Shown here: positions 1 through 6,893 of the stretch, in pieces
How the letters are laid out: every line of letters starts with the position of its first letter
Numbering within the stretch: the stretch's first letter is position 1
Virus record (IMG/VR): IMGVR_UViG_2585427776_000005
Origin: a virus
Lineage: Duplodnaviria; Heunggongvirae; Uroviricota; Caudoviricetes
Direction: 5' to 3' (one strand)
Length of the DNA stretch: 7,302 bases
The notes under the pieces: generated by a model
What the model was told of the DNA's origin: nothing
The model's database searches: none
The model's input: the letters and a program-made list of their open reading frames with translations, nothing else
Program-made: the position numbers and the translations under genes

Positions 1-1923
1 AAATGGCCCGAAATTCAGGCAGAGATGCGCATCTGGAAAAAACGTCGCGAAGGTGAACGCAAGGAAACCGGAAAATACACGTCTGTTGTTGATCTCGCCC
101 GCGCCAGAGCCAATCAACAGTACACTGAAAATTCAACAGGAAAAATCAGCCCGGTCATTGCTGCCATTCATCGCGAATACAAGCAGACATGGAAAACACT
201 GGATGACGAACTGGCCTACGCTCTCTGGCCTGGTGATGTGGATGCCGGAAACATTGACGGCAGCATCCATCGCTGGGCAAAAAAAGAAGTTATCGACAAC
301 GACCGCGAAGACTGGAAGCGTATCTCGGCATCAATGCGCAAACAGCCTGATGCCCTTCGCTACGACCGCCAAACTATTTTTGGCCTTGTCCGTGAGCGTC
401 CGATCGACATTCACAAAGATCCCGTAGCACTGAACAAATATATCTGCGAATACCTGACGACAAAGGGCGTGTTTGAGAATGAAGAAACAGACCTGGGCAC
501 TGTTGATGTTCTCCAGTCATCAGAAACACAAACTGATGCAGTGGAAACTGAGGTATCTGATATCCCAAAAAATGAAACCGCGCCGGAAGCTGAACCATCT
601 GTAGAGCGTGAGGGGCCGTTCTATTTCCTCTTCGCAGATAAGGACGGAGAAAAATACGGTCGCGCAAACAAACTCTCTGGTCTGGATAAGGCACTGGCTG
701 CTGGCGCCACTGAAATCACAAAAGAAGAATATTTTGCCCGAAAAAATGGCACATACACGGGCTTACCGCAAAATGTAGATACCGCTGAAGATTCAGAACA
801 ACCAGAGCCGATAAAAGTTACCGCTGACGAAGTAAACAAAATTATGCAGGCAGCCAATATCAGCCAGCCTGACGCCGATAAGTTGCTTGCTGCATCACGT
901 GGTGAATTTGTTGAAGGGATTAGTGACCCGAATGATCCGAAATGGGTTAAGGGGCTCCAGACCCGCGATTCTGTGAACCAGAACCAGCATGAATCGGAAC
1001 GGAACTACCAAAAAGCGGAACAAAACAGTCCAAATGCGTTACAAAACGAGCCAGAAACGAAACAGCCTGAACCAGTAGCGCAACAGGAAGTGGAAAAAGT
1101 CTGCACCGCCTGCGGTCAGACCGGCGGCGGCAACTGCCCTGATTGTGGCGCGGTGATGGGCGACGCAACATACCAAGAAACATTCGATGAAGAGTATCAG
1201 GTTGAAGTTCAGGAAGATGATCCGGAGGAAATGGAAGGCGCTGAACATCCACACAAGGAGAACACTGGCGGCAATCAGCATCACAATAGCGATAATGAAA
1301 CTGGCGAGACGGCAGATCACCCAATTAAGGTGAACGGTCATCACGAAATCACATCCACCAGCAGGACGTGTGACCATCTAATGATCGACCTTGAAACCAT
1401 GGGAAAAAATCCTGATGCCCCGATCATCTCAATAGGTGCAATATTTTTCGATCCGCAAACCGGAGATATGGGACCGGAATTTAGTAAGACTATCGATCTG
1501 GAAACTGCTGGCGGAGTCATTGATCGGGACACCATTAAATGGTGGCTTAAGCAATCACGCGAAGCGCAATCTGCCATTATGACCGATGAAATCCCGTTAG
1601 ATGATGCACTGTTACAATTGCGAGAATTTATCGACGAAAACTCCGGTGAATTTTTTGTTCAGGTTTGGGGAAATGGAGCCAACTTCGACAACACGATTTT
1701 GCGCCGTTCATACGAACGGCAGGGGATCCCCTGCCCGTGGCGTTACTACAACGATCGCGATGTACGCACAATCGTTGAGCTGGGGAAAGCCATAGACTTC
1801 GATGCCAGAACGGCTATTCCATTCGAAGGTGAGCGCCATAATGCACTTGATGACGCCCGTTACCAGGCAAAATACGTTTCAGTTATCTGGCAAAAACTGA
1901 TCCCGAGTCAGGCTGATTCTTAA
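1..1923 (+). CDS. Prophage RecE-family exonuclease (exodeoxyribonuclease VIII-like), 5'-partial, with central C4 zinc ribbon and C-terminal DEDDh (DnaQ-like) 3'-5' exonuclease domain
   Basis: Reading frame is open from base 1 (no stop upstream of the ATG at 25), so the true start is probably outside the window; stop TAA at 1921-1923. Residues encoded at 877-969 (DKLLAASRGEFVEGISDPNDPKWVKGLQTRD) match a segment I recall from Rac RecE. Residues from 1381 onward carry DEDDh motifs: D-L-E-T (exo I), GNGANFD (exo II), H-N-A-L-D-D (exo III). CxxC-x9-CxxC at 1102-1146. Confidence 0.8.
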   Translation, partial: KWPEIQAEMRIWKKRREGERKETGKYTSVVDLARARANQQYTENSTGKISPVIAAIHREYKQTWKTLDDELAYALWPGDVDAGNIDGSIHRWAKKEVIDNDREDWKRISASMRKQPDALRYDRQTIFGLVRERPIDIHKDPVALNKYICEYLTTKGVFENEETDLGTVDVLQSSETQTDAVETEVSDIPKNETAPEAEPSVEREGPFYFLFADKDGEKYGRANKLSGLDKALAAGATEITKEEYFARKNGTYTGLPQNVDTAEDSEQPEPIKVTADEVNKIMQAANISQPDADKLLAASRGEFVEGISDPNDPKWVKGLQTRDSVNQNQHESERNYQKAEQNSPNALQNEPETKQPEPVAQQEVEKVCTACGQTGGGNCPDCGAVMGDATYQETFDEEYQVEVQEDDPEEMEGAEHPHKENTGGNQHHNSDNETGETADHPIKVNGHHEITSTSRTCDHLMIDLETMGKNPDAPIISIGAIFFDPQTGDMGPEFSKTIDLETAGGVIDRDTIKWWLKQSREAQSAIMTDEIPLDDALLQLREFIDENSGEFFVQVWGNGANFDNTILRRSYERQGIPCPWRYYNDRDVRTIVELGKAIDFDARTAIPFEGERHNALDDARYQAKYVSVIWQKLIPSQADS

Positions 1924-1934
1924 TGTTCAACTGT

Positions 1935-1966
1935 CGCCGGTTGTGACTGGTATTCTGCAACCGGCG
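1935..1966 (+). repeat. Perfect inverted repeat (9-bp arms CGCCGGTTG / CAACCGGCG, 14-nt spacer) in the exonuclease-xis intergenic region; possible hairpin or protein-binding palindrome
   Basis: Arms at 1935-1943 and 1958-1966 are exact reverse complements. No T-tract follows, so it is not a canonical intrinsic terminator. Confidence 0.35.
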
Positions 1967-1995
1967 CTCGTCTGATGTAAGAGATAAAGAAATCG

Positions 1996-2247
1996 ATGAG
2001 CGAAGTAATCATGATTGTCTCTCCCGGCAAATGGGTATCCGAAGAGCAGTTAATTGCGCTGAAAGGAATAAAAAAAGGTACGTTAAAAAAGGCCCGGGAA
2101 AAATCGTTTATGGAAGGAAGGGAATATAAGCATGTCGCTCATGACGGTATGCCATGGGATAACAGTCCATGCTTTTACAACCTGGAAGAAATTGATCGCT
2201 GGATTGAGCGCCAGGCATCAGCGAGACCAAGACGTCATCTTACTTGA
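1996..2247 (+). CDS. xis: Excisionase-like small DNA-binding protein (Xis-like), 83 aa
   Basis: Small basic ORF immediately upstream of and co-oriented with the integrase; contains a GREY motif like the DGREY of lambda Xis. Purine-rich stretch AAGAGATAAAGAAA precedes the ATG at 1996; an alternative in-frame ATG lies at 2011. Stop TGA at 2245-2247. Confidence 0.55.
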   Translation: MSEVIMIVSPGKWVSEEQLIALKGIKKGTLKKAREKSFMEGREYKHVAHDGMPWDNSPCFYNLEEIDRWIERQASARPRRHLT

Positions 2248-2281
2248 CTAAAAGCCACACTAACTAATGAGAGAAGTTGAA

Positions 2282-3562
2282 ATGAAATATCCGACAGGCG
2301 TGGAAAACCATGGAGGGAAATTACGTATCTGGTTTGTTTATAAAGACGTAAGAGTCAGGGAAAATCTGGGGGTTCCTGACACAGCAAAAAACAGGCGCGT
2401 TGCAGGTGAACTACGCTCCTCTGTTTGTTACGCAATAAAAACTGGTGTTTTCGACTATGCAAAACAGTTTCCCTCCTCACGCAATCTGGAAAAATTTGGT
2501 GAGGCCCGACAAGATTTAACCATAAAAGAACTGGCTGAAAAATTTCTGGCACTGAAAGAAACTGAAGTCGCCAAAACATCACTCAACACATACCGTGCCG
2601 TCATCAAAAATATCCTGAGCATAATCGGTGAAAAAAATCTTGCCTCATCGATTAATAAAGAAAAATTACTGGAGGTTCGTAAAGAGTTACTGACTGGATA
2701 CCAGATCCCCAAAAGTAACTATATTGTTACACAACCAGGGAGATCGGCTGTAACTGTAAATAATTACATGACAAATCTTAACGCCGTGTTCCAGTTTGGT
2801 GTTGATAACGGTTACCTGGCAGATAATCCGTTTAAGGGGATCTCGCCATTAAAGGAATCAAGAACCATTCCGGATCCTCTTTCGCGGGAAGAATTTATCC
2901 GTCTTATCGATGCGTGCAGAAATCAGCAAGCAAAAAATTTATGGTGTGTTTCTGTTTATACTGGAGTTCGCCCTGGTGAGCTGTGTGCACTTGGATGGGA
3001 GGACATAGATCTGAAAAATGGAACAATGATGATCAGGAGAAATTTAGCAAAAGACCGTTTCACGGTACCAAAAACACAGGCGGGAACCAATCGGGGCATT
3101 CATCTTATTAAGCCAGCAATCGACGCTCTCCGGAGTCAGATGACATTAACGAGACTGAGCAAAGAGCATATCATTGATGTTCACCTCAGAGAGTATGGCA
3201 GAACAGAAAAACAAAAATGCACCTTTGTTTTTCAACCTGAAGTGTCAGCGAGAGTAAAAAATTATGGTGACCATTTTACCGTTGACTCAATAAGGCAGAT
3301 GTGGGACGCAGCGATAAAACGTGCCGGACTCCGCCATCGAAAATCATATCAGTCGAGACATACTTATGCCTGCTGGTCGCTGACAGCTGGTGCTAACCCG
3401 GCATTTATAGCAAACCAGATGGGCCATGCAGATGCGCAAATGGTATTTCAGGTATACGGAAAATGGATGTCTGAAAACAATAATGCACAGGTAGCTTTGT
3501 TAAATACACAGTTAAGCGAGTTTGCCCCAACCATGCCCCATAACGAAGCAATGAAAAATTAA
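2282..3562 (+). CDS. int: Phage integrase, tyrosine recombinase (lambda Int family; positional counterpart of E. coli K-12 Qin intQ, here apparently intact)
   Basis: 426-aa ORF. C-terminal catalytic region has TGVRPGELCALGWEDIDL (box I Arg), SRHTYACW (box II) and GHADAQMVFQVY, which has the same His-to-Tyr spacing as lambda Int (GH + 9 residues + Y). Start placed at the ATG at 2282 (MKYPTGVE..., preceded by GAGAGAAG) rather than the track's ATG at 2267; both are possible. Stop TAA at 3560-3562. Confidence 0.9.
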   Translation: MKYPTGVENHGGKLRIWFVYKDVRVRENLGVPDTAKNRRVAGELRSSVCYAIKTGVFDYAKQFPSSRNLEKFGEARQDLTIKELAEKFLALKETEVAKTSLNTYRAVIKNILSIIGEKNLASSINKEKLLEVRKELLTGYQIPKSNYIVTQPGRSAVTVNNYMTNLNAVFQFGVDNGYLADNPFKGISPLKESRTIPDPLSREEFIRLIDACRNQQAKNLWCVSVYTGVRPGELCALGWEDIDLKNGTMMIRRNLAKDRFTVPKTQAGTNRGIHLIKPAIDALRSQMTLTRLSKEHIIDVHLREYGRTEKQKCTFVFQPEVSARVKNYGDHFTVDSIRQMWDAAIKRAGLRHRKSYQSRHTYACWSLTAGANPAFIANQMGHADAQMVFQVYGKWMSENNNAQVALLNTQLSEFAPTMPHNEAMKN

Positions 3563-3749
3563 TTTAATATTTATCAAATAGTTAACACGCATGACTCTTG
3601 AAATCCATAAATTCAAGCGCAGTGCCCAGCCATCCCGATACTGCTGCTTTCACCAAATCCTTAGTGCTTCTTTCGTGTTTTTCTATTGTCATAATGGTTA
3701 TCTCTAAAAAAGAGGTAAGATGCGTACTACTTACTCGCCGTTATTGGTA
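3563..3749. other. Prophage/chromosome junction region; candidate attachment-site (attL or attR) location
   Basis: AT-rich non-coding stretch between the integrase stop and the 3' end of the core gene rspB. Lambdoid integrases normally sit next to att. The core sequence cannot be defined without the other prophage end. Confidence 0.35.
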
Positions 3750-4769
3750 TTATTCAGAAAAAGTGAGTAAGACTTTGCAGCAATGTTTTTGATCCTGTTC
3801 AAATAAACTAATGGCATCAGCAACATGCTGGAAATCAAACGTATGGGTAATTAATTTTTCTGGTTTAATTAACCCTTTACTTAACCAGTCGATAACGATC
3901 GGGAATTTATTTGCATTTAAGCGTGAAGAGAAAATAGAGAGTTCTTTTCCGGTAATTCCTTGCTGAATCACTTCAGACGGTTCACTGGAGAACCCCATCA
4001 ATACAATACGTGCCGCTGGAGAAGCCAGCGTTACGGCCTCTTTCAGGATAGAAGGATGACAAGCCGCATCGATAATTAATGTCGGCTTGATGCCTTTTTC
4101 AGTGAAAATCTCGCCAAGCGGTGTCTGGCTGTTATTAATCGCCCAGTCAGCCCCGCTCTCTTTCGCTTTTTCCAGTCGTTCATCAATGCGATCGGCAACA
4201 ATCACATTTTTAACGTTATAGACGCCTTTTAATACCTGAACGATCGTCAGGCCGATTGGACCGGCACCATAAACCAGAACGGTATCATTTTCAGTCGGTT
4301 GACCATGTCCGGTTACGTTAGCCGCAATGGTAAAAGGTTCGATCATTACCGCATATTGATCGGCCACTGCTTCAGGAATTTTCCACGCATTTTTTGCCGG
4401 AACCACGGCATATTCACTGAAACCACCGTCAGCGTGCACACCTAATACAGCCAGTGTCGTACAAACGTTCGGTTTACCTATAGAGCACGGATAGCAATGC
4501 CCACAGCTGACCACCGGATCGACAGCAACACGTTCACCGACTCTGGCGCTTTCCACGCCTTCACCCACTGCATCAATGACGCCAAAGAATTCATGACCAA
4601 TGACGCGCGGATATTTCGCAAAAGGATTATGCCCACGATAAATATGGCTATCTGAACCACAAATTCCGGCAAGTTTCACTTTTACTCGTACTTCACCCGC
4701 TGACGGGGTGGGTATTTCACGTTCGACAATCGCCAGTTGATTCGGTTTTTCAATTAATATGCTTTTCAT
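3750..4769 (-). CDS. rspB: Starvation-sensing protein RspB, zinc-dependent medium-chain alcohol dehydrogenase family
   Basis: Translation MKSILIEKPNQLAIVEREIPTPSAGEVRVKVKLAGICGSDSHIYRGH...KVLLTFSE is recognised as E. coli RspB (339 aa). It has a GHE zinc-ligand motif, a CGHCYPC structural-zinc motif and a GAGPIG NAD(P)-binding motif. Start ATG at 4767-4769 is preceded by GGAG; the track's upstream GTG extension is not needed. Confidence 0.95.
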   Translation of the reverse strand: MKSILIEKPNQLAIVEREIPTPSAGEVRVKVKLAGICGSDSHIYRGHNPFAKYPRVIGHEFFGVIDAVGEGVESARVGERVAVDPVVSCGHCYPCSIGKPNVCTTLAVLGVHADGGFSEYAVVPAKNAWKIPEAVADQYAVMIEPFTIAANVTGHGQPTENDTVLVYGAGPIGLTIVQVLKGVYNVKNVIVADRIDERLEKAKESGADWAINNSQTPLGEIFTEKGIKPTLIIDAACHPSILKEAVTLASPAARIVLMGFSSEPSEVIQQGITGKELSIFSSRLNANKFPIVIDWLSKGLIKPEKLITHTFDFQHVADAISLFEQDQKHCCKVLLTFSE

Positions 4770-4780
4770 TATCTTACTCC

Positions 4781-5995
4781 TTACCAGTTCCACAGCGTGC
4801 CATCTTCCAGACGTGCGACTGGTAGATAAGCAGGTTCATAGGGATATTTCGCCGCCAGCTTTTCATCGAATTCGATACCAAGACCCGGTTTGTCTCCCGG
4901 ATGCATATAGCCGTTATCGAAAGTCCAGTTGTGCGGGAAGACTTCGAGCATTTGTTCGGAATAACCCATGTATTCCTGGACACCGAAATTGGGGACCCAC
5001 AGATCAAAGTGCAGCGCCGCAGCCATGCAGACTGGTGACAAATCGGAAGGACCGTGTGAGCCAGTACGTACCTGATACAGCGAAGCAAAATCGGCAATCC
5101 GGCGCATACCGGTAATTCCGCCTGCATGGGTCAGCGTGGTGCGGATATAATCGATGAGTTGCTCTTCAATCAGTTGTTTGCAGTCCCAGATGCTGTTGAA
5201 GACTTCACCCACTGCGATGGGTGTGACGGTATGTTGGCGAATGAGACGGAAGCATTCCTGGTTTTCCGCAGGCGTCGGGTCTTCCATCCAGAACATGCGA
5301 TAATCTTCAATGCTTTTACCAAAGCGCGCCGCTTCAATAGGCGTTAAGCGATGGTGCATGTCATGCAGCAAATGTTCATTAAAACCAAACTTGTTACGTA
5401 CCGCGTCAAACAATTTCGGCATGAAATCGAGGTATTTCTCCGTCGACCACAGCTGCTCTTCCGGCCACTGTCCTTTGGTTGCGGGTTCATAAGCCAGACC
5501 TTTACCTTTCGACATGCCGTAGGTGGTTTTCATACCAGGGATTCCGCACTGCACGCGGATGGCTTTGAATCCAAGCTCTTGATGACGGGCATAATCATCC
5601 AGAGCTTCATCAATACTGTGACCGGTGGTATGGCAATAAACCATCACCCCTTCACGAGACGCGCCGCCGAGTAACTGGTAAAGCGGCATGTTGGCAGCTT
5701 TGGCTTTAATATCCCACAGCGCCATATCAACCGCTGAAATGGCCGACATCGTAACCGGACCGCGACGCCAGTAAGCACCTTTATAGAAAAACTGCCAGAT
5801 ATCTTCGATACGGTGCGCATCGCGACCAATAAGCTGCGGACAAAGGTGATCCTGCAAATAAGAGGCCACGGAAAGCTCACGTCCATTGAGGGTGGCATCC
5901 CCAAGGCCCGTAATACCGTCCTCAGTGGTGATTTTTAATGTGACGAAATTACGCCCCGGACAGGTAACAAAAACTTCAGCCTTTACGATCTTCAT
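4781..5995 (-). CDS. rspA: Starvation-sensing protein RspA, enolase-superfamily mannonate dehydratase-like enzyme
   Basis: Translation [40 protein letters not shown]...[11 protein letters not shown] is recognised as E. coli RspA (404 aa). Start ATG at 5993-5995 is preceded by AAGGA at about 7 nt. Stop TAA at 4781-4783 lies 11 nt upstream of the rspB start, so the two genes form an operon. Confidence 0.95.
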
Positions 5996-6200
5996 GTTCG
6001 ATTCCTTGCATCGCTTGTCGTGATGCATGAAATCTACGCAACTGAGCTACTACCATACAAGTATAAAGATCGAAAAAAGCCGGAGTGATCACAAAAAAAG
6101 GCGTATATTTGCGCTGTGAATGGTTGACAAAAGATGAAATAGAATACCTTTTGTCAGCTGACACTTCCTCTTATCTTATTGATAAAATGGATTTATGTTC
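5996..6200 (-). promoter_or_regulatory. rspA 5' UTR and promoter region (ynfA-rspA intergenic)
   Basis: Non-coding interval upstream of rspA on the - strand. Candidate sigma70-like elements on the - strand: -35 TTGTCA (complement of 6125-6130), 17-bp spacer, -10 TATACG (complement of 6102-6107); also a TATACT hexamer (complement of 6060-6065). Compressed palindrome GTGATCAC at 6085-6092. The transcription start site cannot be determined from sequence. Confidence 0.4.
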
Positions 6201-6512
6201 CTACGTGCGCCCCCAGCCCGCAACAATGATCAACATGCCGCAAAGCGCAATCAACGCACCCGTCCAGTCATAAAGAGTCAGTTTCACGCCATCCACAACG
6301 CGCAGCCACATCAACGCCGTGCAGACATAAACGCCACCATAAGCCGCGTAAACACGCCCACTCGCCGCTGGATGCAACGTTAACAACCAGACAAACAGCG
6401 CCAGTGAAATCCCCGCCGGAAGCAACAGCCAGATACTGGCGTTTCGTTTTAACCACAACCAGGGCAGAAAGCATCCAATAATTTCACACAGCGCAGTAGC
6501 AAAAAATAGTAA
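6201..6512 (-). pseudogene. ynfA: ynfA (UPF0060 family small inner-membrane protein), 5'-truncated: codons 6-108 retained, first 5 codons separated by an IS insertion
   Basis: Translation [44 protein letters not shown]...IIVAGWGRT matches E. coli YnfA from residue 6. Homology ends exactly at the IS left terminus (6512/6513). Stop TAG at 6201-6203 (complement). The track ORF only extends further through a TTG start inside the IS end. Confidence 0.8.
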
Positions 6513-6566
6513 TGAACCGCCCCGGGAATCCTGGAGACTAAACTTCCTGAGAAAGAGGTAAACAGG

Positions 6567-6893
6567 ATGACTAAAAATACTCGTTTTTCCCCCGAAGTCC
6601 GTCAACGGGCAGTCCGTATGGTTCTGGAAAGTCAGAGCGAATATGACTCACAATGGGCGACAATTTGTTCCATTGCTCCAAAGATTGGCTGTACGCCGGA
6701 GACTCTGCGTGTCTGGGTTCGCCAGCATGAGCGGGATACCGGGGGCGGTGATGGAGGGCTCACCACCGCTGAACGTCAGCGTCTGAAAGAGCTGGAACGT
6801 GAAAATCGTGAACTGCGCCGCAGTAACGATATCCTTCGCCAGGCTTCCGCTTATTTTGCGAAGGCGGAGTTCGACCGCCTCTGGAAAAAATGA
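6567..6893 (+). CDS. IS629 OrfA (IS3-family transposase N-terminal HTH/leucine-zipper subunit), 108 aa
   Basis: Translation [61 protein letters not shown]...[36 protein letters not shown] matches IS629/IS1203 OrfA. ATG at 6567 is preceded by GAGAAAGAGG; stop TGA at 6891-6893. Confidence 0.9.
   Translation: MTKNTRFSPEVRQRAVRMVLESQSEYDSQWATICSIAPKIGCTPETLRVWVRQHERDTGGGDGGLTTAERQRLKELERENRELRRSNDILRQASAYFAKAEFDRLWKK

Noticed and set aside
53-1795. Seven track ORFs overlapping the exonuclease gene in other frames or on the opposite strand (53-427, 374-694, 621-857, 947-1324, 1039-1377, 1341-1577, 1601-1795)
   Set aside because: All lie entirely within the long, homology-supported exonuclease frame. 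Their translations are low-complexity or Arg/Cys/Pro-rich in the way typical of off-frame reads of a coding region, with no recognisable motifs.
2267-2281. Upstream ATG at 2267 as the integrase start (track ORF 2267-3562)
   Set aside because: Not excluded, but the ATG at 2282 has the better-placed purine-rich Shine-Dalgarno-like sequence and gives an N-terminus (MKYPTGVE) resembling other lambdoid integrases as I recall them. Kept as an alternative.
2355-2712. Antisense ORFs inside the integrase gene (2355-2582, 2455-2712)
   Set aside because: Embedded in a confidently called CDS on the opposite strand; no motifs and no independent expression signals.
3563-3749. Possible tRNA or tmRNA gene as the integration target
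   Set aside because: The junction is AT-rich and I cannot find a cloverleaf-compatible acceptor/T-arm arrangement or a CCA-proximal GC-rich stem. Integration appears to be beside a protein-coding 3' end instead.
3598-3792. 64-aa + strand ORF in the int-rspB junction
   Set aside because: Starts at a TTG, overlaps the rspB 3' end and has a hydrophobic low-complexity translation with no ribosome-binding site. Probably spurious, although a small att-region ORF cannot be formally excluded.
4478-5904. Antisense and embedded ORFs within rspA and rspB (4478-4672, 4759-5115, 4774-5127, 5126-5347, 5310-5492, 5351-5674, 5644-5904)
   Set aside because: They overlap two well-supported core genes. The N-terminal extensions of rspA (track start 6028) and rspB (track start 4793, a GTG) are also rejected in favour of the ATG starts that match the known proteins and have Shine-Dalgarno sequences.
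6084-6093. CRP binding site upstream of rspA
   Set aside because: Both half-site-like sequences are present (GTGA/TCAC) but are directly abutted rather than separated by the 6-bp spacer of the TGTGA-N6-TCACA consensus, so it is not called as a CRP site.
6124-6129. Perfect TTGACA -35 hexamer on the + strand
   Set aside because: No acceptable -10 hexamer at 16-18 bp spacing downstream on the + strand (TAGAAT is only 10 bp away). The same bases serve as the - strand TTGTCA candidate for rspA.
5976-6474. Small ORFs in the rspA-ynfA interval and antisense to ynfA (5976-6164, 6085-6273, 6195-6383, 6268-6474)
   Set aside because: They use GTG starts or lie opposite ynfA in the same codon phase (mirror-frame artefacts). 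The region is better explained as the rspA promoter/5' UTR plus ynfA.
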